A stretch of 64,000 nt of DNA from Pirellulales bacterium. GTDB taxonomy: Bacteria > Planctomycetota > Planctomycetia > Pirellulales > JAICIG01. This document shows, in pieces, positions 48,476-57,408 of the stretch. The notes beneath the pieces were generated by a model. That model saw nothing but the letters and a program-made list of their open reading frames with translations, was not told where the DNA came from and did no database searches. A program made the translations under genes and the position numbers. The stretch spans positions 32,001 through 96,000 of the forward strand of contig JBBDYJ010000029.1 of NCBI GenBank assembly GCA_040901675.1, given 5' to 3'. How positions within the stretch are numbered: the stretch's first letter is position 1; each line of letters opens with the position of its first letter.

Positions 48476-49969
48476 ATGCAAAGCGCAAGCGATGGCGGTC
48501 GGATCGAGCCGGCTCGGCGGCTGCCGGGCGCTACCCCGTGCGGCCGCACCCGCCGCGAATTCATCTGGCAGGCCGGCGGCGGTTTTGTCGGGACGGCCTT
48601 GACCTGGCTGCTGGCGCAGGACGGCTTTTTCGTCCAGCGGGCCGGCGCCCAGGAAGCGAACCCTACGGGGCCGCTGGCGCCCAAGGCGCCGCACTTTGCC
48701 CCCCGGGCCAAGGCCTGCATTTTCCTGTTCATGTACGGCGGCCCCAGCCAGGTCGACCTGTTCGATCCCAAGCCCGAGCTGACCCGCCGGCACGGCCAGC
48801 CGATACCCAACTTGGATGCCGACCCGCTGTTCAAGGTGCGGAATCCCGGCACCCTGCTGGGCAGCTCGCATCCGTTCAGCAAGCACGGCGAGTCGGGCGT
48901 CGAGGTGTCCGACTTGTATCCGAAGCTGGCCGGCCGCATCGACGACGTCGCCGTGATCCGCTCCTGCTATGCCGACAGCTTCGCCCATGGATCCGGGCTG
49001 TTGCAGATGAACACCGGGTTCATCAGGCAGGGATATCCGAGCTTGGGATCGTGGGTCACGTACGGGCTGGGCACGCCGAACCAGAACCTGCCGGCCTACG
49101 TCGTGTTTCTCGACCACCGTGGCGGCCCGATCGGCGGAGCGCCCAACTGGGGCGCCGGCTTCATGCCGGCCACGTACCAAGGCACGCAGTTTCGCACGGC
49201 CGGCGACCCGGTCATCGATCTGACTCCGCCCGCTGGCATCAGCCGCGCGCAGCAGCGCGGGCAGCTCGACCTGCTGCGGCAGCTCGGCGAGCTGGACACT
49301 GGGGCGGTGGCCCGGCACGGCGAGCTGGCGGCGCGGCTCGACACGTACGAGCTGGCCTTCCGCATGCAGTCGCACGCGCCCGACGCCGTCGATCTTTCGC
49401 GGGAGACGGTTCACACGCGCCTCGCCTACGGGCTCGACAACCCGATGACCGAGCGGTTCGGCACGCGGGCGCTGATGGCCCGCCGCCTGGTCGAGCGGGG
49501 CGTGCGGTTCGTGCAGGTCTATTCCGGCGGCGGCCACAACGACGAGAACTGGGACGCCCACACCGACGTGAACAAGAATCATGAGTTGCACTGCGGCGAG
49601 ACCGACCAGCCCATCGCGGCCCTGCTGACCGATCTCAAGCAACGCGGCCTCCTCGATGAAACGTTGGTGGTCTGGGGTGGAGAGTTCGGCCGCACTCCGA
49701 CCGGGCAGAACGGGGCCGGACGCGATCACAATCCTCGCGGTTTCAGCATGTGGATGGCCGGCGGCGGGATCCAGGGGGGGCAGGCCTACGGGGCGACCGA
49801 CGAGTTCGGCTTCGCCGCGGTCGAGAACCGGGTCCACGTCCACGACCTGCACGCCACGATCCTGCACCTGATGGGCATGGACCACGAGAACCTGACCTAC
49901 TTCCACAACAGCCGCGAGATGCGGCTGACCGACGTCGAGGGGCGCATACTCCACGAGCTGATCGCCTAG
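48476..49969 (+). CDS. DUF1501 protein (Tat, sulfatase-like fold)
   Basis: TRREFI; FLFMYGGPSQVDLFDPKP, WGGEFGRTP, GRDHNP, VHDLHATILH. Confidence 0.92.
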   Translation: MQSASDGGRIEPARRLPGATPCGRTRREFIWQAGGGFVGTALTWLLAQDGFFVQRAGAQEANPTGPLAPKAPHFAPRAKACIFLFMYGGPSQVDLFDPKPELTRRHGQPIPNLDADPLFKVRNPGTLLGSSHPFSKHGESGVEVSDLYPKLAGRIDDVAVIRSCYADSFAHGSGLLQMNTGFIRQGYPSLGSWVTYGLGTPNQNLPAYVVFLDHRGGPIGGAPNWGAGFMPATYQGTQFRTAGDPVIDLTPPAGISRAQQRGQLDLLRQLGELDTGAVARHGELAARLDTYELAFRMQSHAPDAVDLSRETVHTRLAYGLDNPMTERFGTRALMARRLVERGVRFVQVYSGGGHNDENWDAHTDVNKNHELHCGETDQPIAALLTDLKQRGLLDETLVVWGGEFGRTPTGQNGAGRDHNPRGFSMWMAGGGIQGGQAYGATDEFGFAAVENRVHVHDLHATILHLMGMDHENLTYFHNSREMRLTDVEGRILHELIA

Positions 49970-50005
49970 ACGCAACCGAAAAACTTCGAAAGATTCGAGC
50001 GAGCT

Positions 50006-50039
50006 GGGTGGCTGGGGCAAAGCGATAAGCGTGCCCCAG
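50006..50039 (+). repeat. REP-like family A, single intergenic copy
   Basis: GGGTGGCTGGGGCAAAGCGATAAGCGTGCCCCAG. Confidence 0.85.
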
Positions 50040-50139
50040 TTGCGATGTGAGGAAATTATTCTTTCGGCCGATTCCTAGCCCATCCAACCCCCGCGCGCCG
50101 CGGACATCACCAGCGCGCCTACGCCACAAGGAGTAACAC

Positions 50140-51468
50140 GTGCTGCGAGAAACAACCCGGCGGAAGTTCCTGCAACAATCGACGGAAGCGGCGGCCCTGG
50201 CGGCCGCGGTTTCGACGCTGGGAGGCGTACACGCCTTCGGCGCCGAGGAGCCGCCGGTGGTCCGGCTGGGGATCATCGGCTGCGGCGGGATCATGGGGCA
50301 TCACGTGCAAGGTCTCGTCAGCCGAGGCGAGGCGGTTTCGTTTGCCTGGTTGTGCGACGTCGATCCGCGGCAGATCGACAAGACGGCCGCACTTGTCTCG
50401 GGTTTCCAGTCCGCGCCGCCGAAGCGCACTTCGCGTTACGAAGAAGTGGTCGAAGACGCGGACGTCGACGCCTGCATCATCGCCACGCCGCACCATTGGC
50501 ATGCCCCGATCGCCCTGCGAGCGATGCAGGAGGGAAAAGACGTCTACGTCGAGAAGCCGATCTCGCACGTCTATAACGAGGGGCCGCTGGTCATTGAGGC
50601 TGCCAAGAAGTATGGCCGCGTGGTGCAGCATGGCAGCCAGATGCGCAGCAGCCCGGTGACCGAAAAGGCGGGCCGGCTCTTGAAGGAAGGGATCCTCGGC
50701 GAGGTGAAGGTGGCCCGGGCCTGGACGGCCGAGGTGCGCAGCGAGGCGAAGCCGCTGCCCGACGGCGTGCCGCCCGAGGGTGTTGACTACGACCGCTGGC
50801 TGGGTCCCGCGCCCGCGCGCCCCTTCAACCCGCACCGTTTTCACGGCAGTTGGCGGATGTTCCGCGACTACGGCAACGGCGAGATCGGCGACGACGGCAT
50901 CCACGACCTCGACATGGCCGCCTGGGGATTGGGCGTCGACACGCTGCCCAAGCAAATCACGGCCCGCGGCGGGCGGATGATGCTTGTGGACCATGCCAGC
51001 GAGTATCCCGACAGCATGAACGTGGCCTACGAGTATCCCGACGGCCGGCTGTTGATCTACGAGAACTACCCGTTCACCGCCTACGGGCTGCACGGTTTCG
51101 ACAACGGCAACGTGTTCTACGGCACGGAAGGCTACATGATCTTCTCGCGCCGCGGCGCCTTCAGCGTCTTTCTGGGTCCGAAGGGGACTCCCGGTCCGAC
51201 CGAGGGGAAAGAGCTGCGTGGCAAGACCGGTTACCCCGAGCACATGGCCGATTTCCTCGACGCCGTCCGCCGGCGGACGCCGACCCGTTCGTCTCCCGAG
51301 ATCGCCCATCGCAGTTGCGCGCTGGTCCACTTGGGCGAGATCGCCTATCTGACGACCGGCCGAGTCGATTTTGATCCCCAGTCCCAGCAGTTCATCGACT
51401 GCGCCGAAGCCAACCAGTTGTTGACCAAGGCCTACCGCGAGCCGTATGGCCTGCCATACGTCGCGTGA
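50140..51468 (+). CDS. Tat-exported Gfo/Idh/MocA oxidoreductase
   Basis: TRRKFL; GIIGCGG, ATPHHWH, GKDVYVEKP, DDGIHDLD. GTG after AAGGAG. Confidence 0.92.
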   Translation: MLRETTRRKFLQQSTEAAALAAAVSTLGGVHAFGAEEPPVVRLGIIGCGGIMGHHVQGLVSRGEAVSFAWLCDVDPRQIDKTAALVSGFQSAPPKRTSRYEEVVEDADVDACIIATPHHWHAPIALRAMQEGKDVYVEKPISHVYNEGPLVIEAAKKYGRVVQHGSQMRSSPVTEKAGRLLKEGILGEVKVARAWTAEVRSEAKPLPDGVPPEGVDYDRWLGPAPARPFNPHRFHGSWRMFRDYGNGEIGDDGIHDLDMAAWGLGVDTLPKQITARGGRMMLVDHASEYPDSMNVAYEYPDGRLLIYENYPFTAYGLHGFDNGNVFYGTEGYMIFSRRGAFSVFLGPKGTPGPTEGKELRGKTGYPEHMADFLDAVRRRTPTRSSPEIAHRSCALVHLGEIAYLTTGRVDFDPQSQQFIDCAEANQLLTKAYREPYGLPYVA

Positions 51469-51502
51469 GCCCTAGCGGACAGCGCCTGCGAAGGAGGCGA
51501 TT

Positions 51503-51907
51503 GTGCAGTGCTTTGGCTGTAGACGGGAGAAGCCAGTTGGTGTACCACACTCGTTTGCGTTTCTATCATTTGGTGTTGTTGCAGGGTGTGACGACGACCG
51601 CGACGCAGCGGAGGTCAATGGTGATGGTGACAGTAGGATAGTGCATGAGTGTTATAGCCGAAGTCGTCTTGAAGGTATGGTCGCAGAGCTAACGATTGGC
51701 TGGCAGGACTATGAGGGCACCTGTTTTGGTACAGACTTTGATCGCAGCCACGAAAATTGTCCGAAGCCGGAGATTGTTCCGCTGCAGGTCGAGCTATACT
51801 TTTGCTCGACCGATTGTCTACGCATTTGGTTTCTGCGAGTTGTAGAAGACTTGGAGCATCGGATCAAAGACGGCGGCCCTTATTCCCGAGTCAATCCATC
51901 GTTCTGA
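51503..51907 (+). CDS. Low-GC hypothetical protein with Cys motifs (CFGC...FCSTDC), possibly zinc-binding
   Basis: GTG after AAGGAGG; atypical AT-rich codon usage. Confidence 0.65.
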   Translation: MQCFGCRREKPVGVPHSFAFLSFGVVAGCDDDRDAAEVNGDGDSRIVHECYSRSRLEGMVAELTIGWQDYEGTCFGTDFDRSHENCPKPEIVPLQVELYFCSTDCLRIWFLRVVEDLEHRIKDGGPYSRVNPSF

Positions 51908-52034
51908 GGCATTTGGTCAATTCGGGTCAGAGTTTAGTATGACGCCACTTCTGGCCATTCCACAAATCAAACAAGGTTTCAGGAACGGCCGAAGAGTAGC
52001 CTGGCAGAGCGGCAGGCAATAGAAGACCGCGTGT

Positions 52035-52093
52035 AACGTTCACCCGCCGCCGATGGCGGGCAGAAAGTGCACTTCGCTGGTTGGGCCGACCTT
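52035..52093 (-). repeat. 59-bp duplicate of the 3' end of the moaD-like gene
   Basis: 56/59 identical to 53092-53150; encodes KVGPTSEVHFLPAIGGG-stop. Confidence 0.92.
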
Positions 52094-52110
52094 TATGAGG
52101 GCGGATAAAA

Positions 52111-52980
52111 ATGAGACCGGCGAAGTACGGACTTCGGAGGAGACGTGCGTTAGCGGGAATCCTGGCGGCAGGCGCGCTGGTTGCCCTGGGGCTCTTTGCA
52201 TGGTCGCTCGTGAAGCCATACCGAATTCAGGACGATGCGGTTTCTACTATCCTTGCCGCTGACCCGCAGAGTATGGTAACCGTCGAGCCGGGGCTTCCGG
52301 CACATATTGCAAGAGCGGTCGGAGTAGAGATAGCCGAAAGAATCGTAGGCGTCGGAATCGGCTTCGGGGAAACTCCCGCCGACCTGAAGCGCTTGGAGGG
52401 CCCTTTGACATCGCTCCCATTTCTTCGAGAGTTTGACCTTTCCGGAGCCACGCTCGCAGACCGTGACATCGAGTTCATCGGCGGTCTTACGGCGCTTCGA
52501 CAGCTAGGGCTGATAGACACAGACATTACTGACCGGGCGCTAACGCGATTGGCGGGGCTTCGTGAACTCGATGTTCTCTACGTGGCTCGTAGCATTAATA
52601 CTACAGATGCTGGTGCCGAGCTAATCGCAGAACAGTTTCCAGACCTTAAGGTCCTGGACCTTAGCGGCACACAAATAAGCGATGAAGGGATGAAGCACAT
52701 CAGCAAACTGTCGTCGCTCGAAGTGCTGTCTTTGGGCAAGACGGATGTGTCGAGCGATGGAATGACGCACCTGGTGGATTTGCCGCGCTTACGCCTGCTG
52801 CGGCTTGACAGGACGAAGGTAGACGATTCGTGCGTTCCGTTTGTTCAGCGCATGGCCCATCTCCGATATCTTGATGTGTACGAGACGGAGATGACTGGAC
52901 GAGGCGTTGACCGGCTTCGGAAGGCTCTTCCAAAGTGCAAGGTCTCTTACACGCGGAGCGAGGAAGAATTGACGCAATAG
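52111..52980 (+). CDS. Leucine-rich repeat protein with N-terminal TM anchor
   Basis: Repeated LxxLxLxxTxIxD (LKVLDLSGTQISD, LEVLSLGKTDVSS, LRLLRLDRTKVDD); ends LRKALPKCKV; lower GC. Confidence 0.88.
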   Translation: MRPAKYGLRRRRALAGILAAGALVALGLFAWSLVKPYRIQDDAVSTILAADPQSMVTVEPGLPAHIARAVGVEIAERIVGVGIGFGETPADLKRLEGPLTSLPFLREFDLSGATLADRDIEFIGGLTALRQLGLIDTDITDRALTRLAGLRELDVLYVARSINTTDAGAELIAEQFPDLKVLDLSGTQISDEGMKHISKLSSLEVLSLGKTDVSSDGMTHLVDLPRLRLLRLDRTKVDDSCVPFVQRMAHLRYLDVYETEMTGRGVDRLRKALPKCKVSYTRSEEELTQ

Positions 52981-53096
52981 CGAAGACGGATAAAAACAAT
53001 TCGGTTTGACGGCCGCCCCCCGACCGCCCATCTGTGGTCGTGTCCAGGCTCCGCTGGCCCCCAGTAGTGGCGAGACGGAGTGGCTCGTTTCAACGT

Positions 53097-53360
53097 TCAG
53101 CCGCCGCCGATGGCGGGTAGAAAGTGCACTTCGCTGGCTGGGCCGACCTTGGCGAGCAGGCCGCGGTTGGTGAAGCTGCCGTCAATCGAGACGGCCAGGC
53201 CGGGCGCCAGCGCGTCTCCCTTCCTTAGGCGCTGCCCCAAGCCGGGATGGGCGGCGTCCAGGGCGGCGATCACTTCGCCCAGCGTGCTCCCCTCGACCGC
53301 CACCAGCGCGGCACCGCCTGAAAGCGTCCGCAACTGGGCCGGGATGTGAACGGTCGCCAT
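53097..53360 (-). CDS. MoaD/ThiS-family sulfur carrier
   Basis: MATVHIPAQLRTLSGG...EVHFLPAIGGG, with C-terminal di-glycine. Confidence 0.9.
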   Translation of the reverse strand: MATVHIPAQLRTLSGGAALVAVEGSTLGEVIAALDAAHPGLGQRLRKGDALAPGLAVSIDGSFTNRGLLAKVGPASEVHFLPAIGGG

Positions 53361-53371
53361 GAAACGATCGG

Positions 53372-55705
53372 CTATTGCCTGGCTGCCAGGGCGGCCCAGA
53401 CCTTGGGCGGCGACATCGGCAGCTCGCGCATCCGCAGGCCCGTGGCCTGGTAGATGGCGTTGGCCAGCGCCGCCGGCGGAGACACGATCGGCGTCTCGCC
53501 GACGCCCCGCACTCCGTAGGGATGGGCCGGGTTGGGAACCTCGACAATCTGCGTGTCGATCATCGGCAGGTCCAAGGACGTCGGCATCCGGTAGTCGAGG
53601 TAGCTGGCGTTGCGCATCCGGGATTGGTCGTCGTAGAAATACTCTTCGTTCAAGGCCCAGCCGATCCCCTGCACCGTGCCCCCCTGCATTTGGCCTTCGA
53701 CATAGCTGGGATGGATCGCCTTGCCGGCGTCCTGGATCGCCGTGTAACGCAGGATCGTCACCTTGCCCGTCTCCGGATCGACCTCGACGTCGACGATGTT
53801 CGTACCGAAACCGTTGGTGGGCCCTGCGGGGTCGACGCTGGCACGCCCGACGACCGGGCCGCCCAGCTCGTTCAGCTTGCCGGCCAGCTCCTTGAAACCG
53901 ATCGACTGGTCGCCGTGGCGGAAGACCCCGTCGTCCAAGGCGACTTCTGACGCTTGGCAGTCCCAGAGCGTGGCTGCCCGCTCGGTCATCTGGCGGAGGA
54001 TGTCGAGACCCACGTGGTAGGCGGCCAGGCCGGTGGCGAACGTCACGCGGCTGCCGCCGGTCACGTCGGTATAGCCCACGCTGTCGGTGTCGGCCACGCG
54101 GGGGTGTACGTCCTCGGCCGCGATCGAGAGCGTCTCGGCCAACTGCATGGCCACGCTGGTGCGCGTGCCGCCGATGTCGGTCGAGCCTTCGATCAACGTC
54201 ACCGTGCCGTCCGGGTTGACGCTGGCCGAGGCGCTGCTCTTCAGACCAATGTTGAACCAGAAGCCGGCCGCCACGCCGCGGCCGCGGTTCTCGCCCTCCA
54301 GCGGCGCATTGTAGTGCGGATGGTTGCGGGTGGCTTCGAGCACTTCGACCAGCCCGATCCGCGGATAATCGGGCCAGCCCACGCGCTTGGTGCCTTCCTT
54401 GGCCGCATTGCGCAGCCGGAACTCGATCGGGTCCAGGCCCAGCCGCTGGGCCATCTCGTCGACGACCTGCTCGGCGGCAAAGGCGGCCTGGGTGGCGCCG
54501 GGGGCCCGGTAGGCGGCCGTCTTGGGCTTGTTGAGGACCACGTCGTACCCTTCGACGCGGTAGTTGGGGATGTCGTAGCAACTGAAGACGCACATGCAGC
54601 CGGGGCCGATCATCCCGCCCGGATACGCGCCCGCGTCGTAGGCCAGCCAGGCCTGCCCGGCCACGATGCGGCCGTCGAGCTTGGCGCCCAGCTTCACCCG
54701 CACGAACGAGCCGGGCGTGGGGCCGGTGCCCTCGAAGCAGTCGGCCCGGCTCATCGAGATCTTGACGGGGCGGCCGCACTTGCGGCTCAACAGGGCGCAG
54801 ACCGGTTCGAGGTACACGGGAATCTTGCCGCCGAATCCGCCGCCGATCTCGCAAGGAACGACCGTCACCTGCGAGACAGGAATCTGCAAAAGCTCGGCCG
54901 TTTGCTGGCGGGCCGTGAAGGCGCCCTGCGTCGAGGTCCAGATCGTCAGGTGGTTGTCGTGGTTCCACAGCGCCGTCGAGACGTGCGGCTCGATGTATCC
55001 CTGGTGGACGCTGGCGGTTTTGAACTCGCGCTCGATGACTTCGTCGGCCTCGGCGAAGCCGCGCTCGATGTCGCCCGCCTCGAACAAAAGGTACTTGCTG
55101 ACGTTGCTCGGCCCGTCGCTCACCCGCTGGTTGACCATGTCTTCGGTATAGACGTTGTCGTGCAACAGCGGCGCATCGGGCTTCATGGCGTCGAGCACCC
55201 AGGTCACGGCCGGCAGCGGCTCGTACTCGACGCGGATCAGCGTCAGCGCCTCCTCGGCCAGGTTGGCATCGGCCGCCGCCACCGCGGCGACTGCGTGCCC
55301 CTTGTAGAGCACCTTGCCGTGGGCCAGCACGTTGCCGCCCAGGTGGGCCAGGTTGACGCGCCCCTCGCCCAGGTCGGCAATCTTGTCCTGCAGGTCCGGC
55401 AGGTCGGCGGACGTGACGACCGCATACACGCCCGGCAGCTTCTCGGCCGCCTTGGTGTCGATCGACTTGATGCGCGCGTGGGCGTGCGGGCTGCGCAGCA
55501 CCTTGCCGTGGACCAGGCCGCTCAAGCGCACGTCGTTGCCGTAGATGGCCCGCCCCGTGACCTTGTCGGCGCCGTCGTGGCGGATGGGCCGCGTGCCGAT
55601 CACTTTGTACGTTCGGCCGTTGCCGTTGTCGCCGGCCTTGGTTGAGGAGTCGGTTGGGGACTTGTCGGCGGGGGACTGGGATTCGGGGCGCGTATCAATT
55701 GCCAT
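53372..55705 (-). CDS. Xanthine dehydrogenase family molybdopterin-binding large subunit
   Basis: DGADKVTG, RSPHAHARI, HQGYIEPH, GGGFGGK, AYRAPG, VEGQMQGG, RGVGE. Confidence 0.93.
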   Translation of the reverse strand: MAIDTRPESQSPADKSPTDSSTKAGDNGNGRTYKVIGTRPIRHDGADKVTGRAIYGNDVRLSGLVHGKVLRSPHAHARIKSIDTKAAEKLPGVYAVVTSADLPDLQDKIADLGEGRVNLAHLGGNVLAHGKVLYKGHAVAAVAAADANLAEEALTLIRVEYEPLPAVTWVLDAMKPDAPLLHDNVYTEDMVNQRVSDGPSNVSKYLLFEAGDIERGFAEADEVIEREFKTASVHQGYIEPHVSTALWNHDNHLTIWTSTQGAFTARQQTAELLQIPVSQVTVVPCEIGGGFGGKIPVYLEPVCALLSRKCGRPVKISMSRADCFEGTGPTPGSFVRVKLGAKLDGRIVAGQAWLAYDAGAYPGGMIGPGCMCVFSCYDIPNYRVEGYDVVLNKPKTAAYRAPGATQAAFAAEQVVDEMAQRLGLDPIEFRLRNAAKEGTKRVGWPDYPRIGLVEVLEATRNHPHYNAPLEGENRGRGVAAGFWFNIGLKSSASASVNPDGTVTLIEGSTDIGGTRTSVAMQLAETLSIAAEDVHPRVADTDSVGYTDVTGGSRVTFATGLAAYHVGLDILRQMTERAATLWDCQASEVALDDGVFRHGDQSIGFKELAGKLNELGGPVVGRASVDPAGPTNGFGTNIVDVEVDPETGKVTILRYTAIQDAGKAIHPSYVEGQMQGGTVQGIGWALNEEYFYDDQSRMRNASYLDYRMPTSLDLPMIDTQIVEVPNPAHPYGVRGVGETPIVSPPAALANAIYQATGLRMRELPMSPPKVWAALAARQ

Positions 55706-56190
55706 CAGCTCTTCACCTCCTCAAGGGTCTTGGCGGCATCCTGGACCGCGCGGACGATCTTGTCGTAGCCGGTGCAGCGGCAGAGGTTGCCCGCCAGCTC
55801 AAAGCGGATTTCCTGCTCGCTCGGATTGGGATTGCGATCCAAAAGGGCCTTGGCGGCCACGATGAACCCCGGCGTGCAGATGCCGCACTGCAAGGCGGCG
55901 TCTTCCAGGAAGCATTGCTGGATGGGGTGCAGCCGCCCGTTGCCGGCGATGCCTTCGATGGTGGTGATCGACGCCCCCTCGGCCTCCACGGCCAGCACCA
56001 GGCAGCTATTGACCGGCAGGCCGTCCATGAGCACCGTGCAGGCGCCGCAGTTGCCGTTGTTGCAGCCTTCCTTGGAGCCGGTGAGCCCCAGCGTGTCGCG
56101 GAGCACTTCCAGCAGGCTGTGACGGTTTTCGCAGAGCACCTCGACGGATTCGCCGTTGACGGTCGCGGAGAGGCGGGCTTTCTTCGGCAC
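55705..56190 (-). CDS. (2Fe-2S) small subunit (CoxS/XdhC-like)
   Basis: GCNNGNCGACTV, NSC, QCGICTPG, NLCRCTGY. Confidence 0.95.
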   Translation of the reverse strand: MPKKARLSATVNGESVEVLCENRHSLLEVLRDTLGLTGSKEGCNNGNCGACTVLMDGLPVNSCLVLAVEAEGASITTIEGIAGNGRLHPIQQCFLEDAALQCGICTPGFIVAAKALLDRNPNPSEQEIRFELAGNLCRCTGYDKIVRAVQDAAKTLEEVKS

Positions 56191-56238
56191 CTTGAGTTCC
56201 TTGGGAGTTGCTGATTGGCGCTGTCTCTTCCATCGCCG

Positions 56239-57117
56239 TCACGCCGGACGGCCGGCCCGCTCGGCCGCGGTGGCCAGCGCCCGGCGGGTCAACACGCCGA
56301 TCAGGTGAACGCGATAGTCGGCCGGCCCGCGCATGTCGGTGATCGGTTTGGCTACCAGGCGGGCACGGTCGCCGGCTTCGGCAAACGATTCGTCGGTGGC
56401 CGGCTTGCCGGCCAGCCAGGCGGCCGCTTCGACGGCTTCGACCGGAGTGGGGGCCACGGCGGCCAAGGCGATCCGTGCTTCTTCGACCTTGTCGTGGGCC
56501 GAATTCAGCCGCAGCCAGGCGCCTGCCCCCACCACGGCGATGTCCATCTCGTTGCGGGGAATGAACCGCAGATAGCGCGAGCTCGCGTGGGGCTGCGGCG
56601 GCGGCAGCTCGATCGACACCAGGAATTCGCCGGCCTCCAGCACGTTGCGTCCCGGCGCGGTGCAGAACCCGGCCACCTTGACCGAGCGCCTGCCGGAGGG
56701 CCCGGCAATCTGGCACACGGCGTCGTGGGCGATCAGGGCGGGGATCGAGTCGGCGGCCGGCGACGAGTTGCACAGGTTGCCGCCGATGCTGGCGCGCGTC
56801 TGGATCTGCCAGCCGCCGATGATGCGGGCCGCATCGGCCAGCGCCGGGTAGGCCGCCGCGATGGTCCGGTCCTCATACAGGCGATAGCAAGGCACGGCGG
56901 CTCCCAGCCGCAGGCCCCGCTTGGGGTCGAACGACAGCTCGGTCAGCTCGGGGATTTTCTTGACGTCGAGCACCAGGTCGGCCTCGCGCAGCCCCTCGCG
57001 CAGTTGGACCAACAGGTCGGTGCCGCCGGCCAGGACCTTGGCCCGCTGGGGCCGGGATGCCAACAAACCGACCGCCTCATCGACGGTGGTGGCACTCGCG
57101 TATTCGAAGTCTTTCAA
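56239..57117 (-). CDS. FAD-binding medium subunit (CoxM-like)
   Basis: LAGGTDL, RASIGGNLCNSSPAAD, DMRGPADYR. TTG start inferred. Confidence 0.92.
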   Translation of the reverse strand: MKDFEYASATTVDEAVGLLASRPQRAKVLAGGTDLLVQLREGLREADLVLDVKKIPELTELSFDPKRGLRLGAAVPCYRLYEDRTIAAAYPALADAARIIGGWQIQTRASIGGNLCNSSPAADSIPALIAHDAVCQIAGPSGRRSVKVAGFCTAPGRNVLEAGEFLVSIELPPPQPHASSRYLRFIPRNEMDIAVVGAGAWLRLNSAHDKVEEARIALAAVAPTPVEAVEAAAWLAGKPATDESFAEAGDRARLVAKPITDMRGPADYRVHLIGVLTRRALATAAERAGRPA

Positions 57118-57408
57118 GGCAGGTAGGTCTCGAAGGGGTGGTCGGAGGGCCCGATCGGGCGCTCGGGCCGGCAAGACGCAATTCTGCGGCCTGCGGTAGG
57201 GTGCTGTCAAGCGCGCGGCACTTGGGCTGTCATTGGGCAGACAGCAACGGTCCTCGCCTCCATGGCCGCCAACCCGGCACAACGCTGGCGATTGCACGGG
57301 CAGAGGGATAGAATTGAGGTGATGGCTTATCGCTGAGCCGGCCGGGCGCGCCCACGGCGGGCGGCCCGGAAGAACCGCTCAATCATCCTTTCGACCAGGA
57401 GGTGTCTT

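Noticed and set aside
51480..53090. Integron cassette array
   Set aside because: I could not identify convincing attC sites with paired R and L boxes, and there is no intI.
52035..53150. Diversity-generating retroelement TR/VR pair
   Set aside because: Only 3 mismatches, not confined to adenines of one copy, and no reverse transcriptase in the window.
53372..57117. Aerobic CO dehydrogenase (coxMSL)
   Set aside because: The active-site loop is AYRAPG, not the form I or form II signature, and no coxDEFG accessory genes are present.
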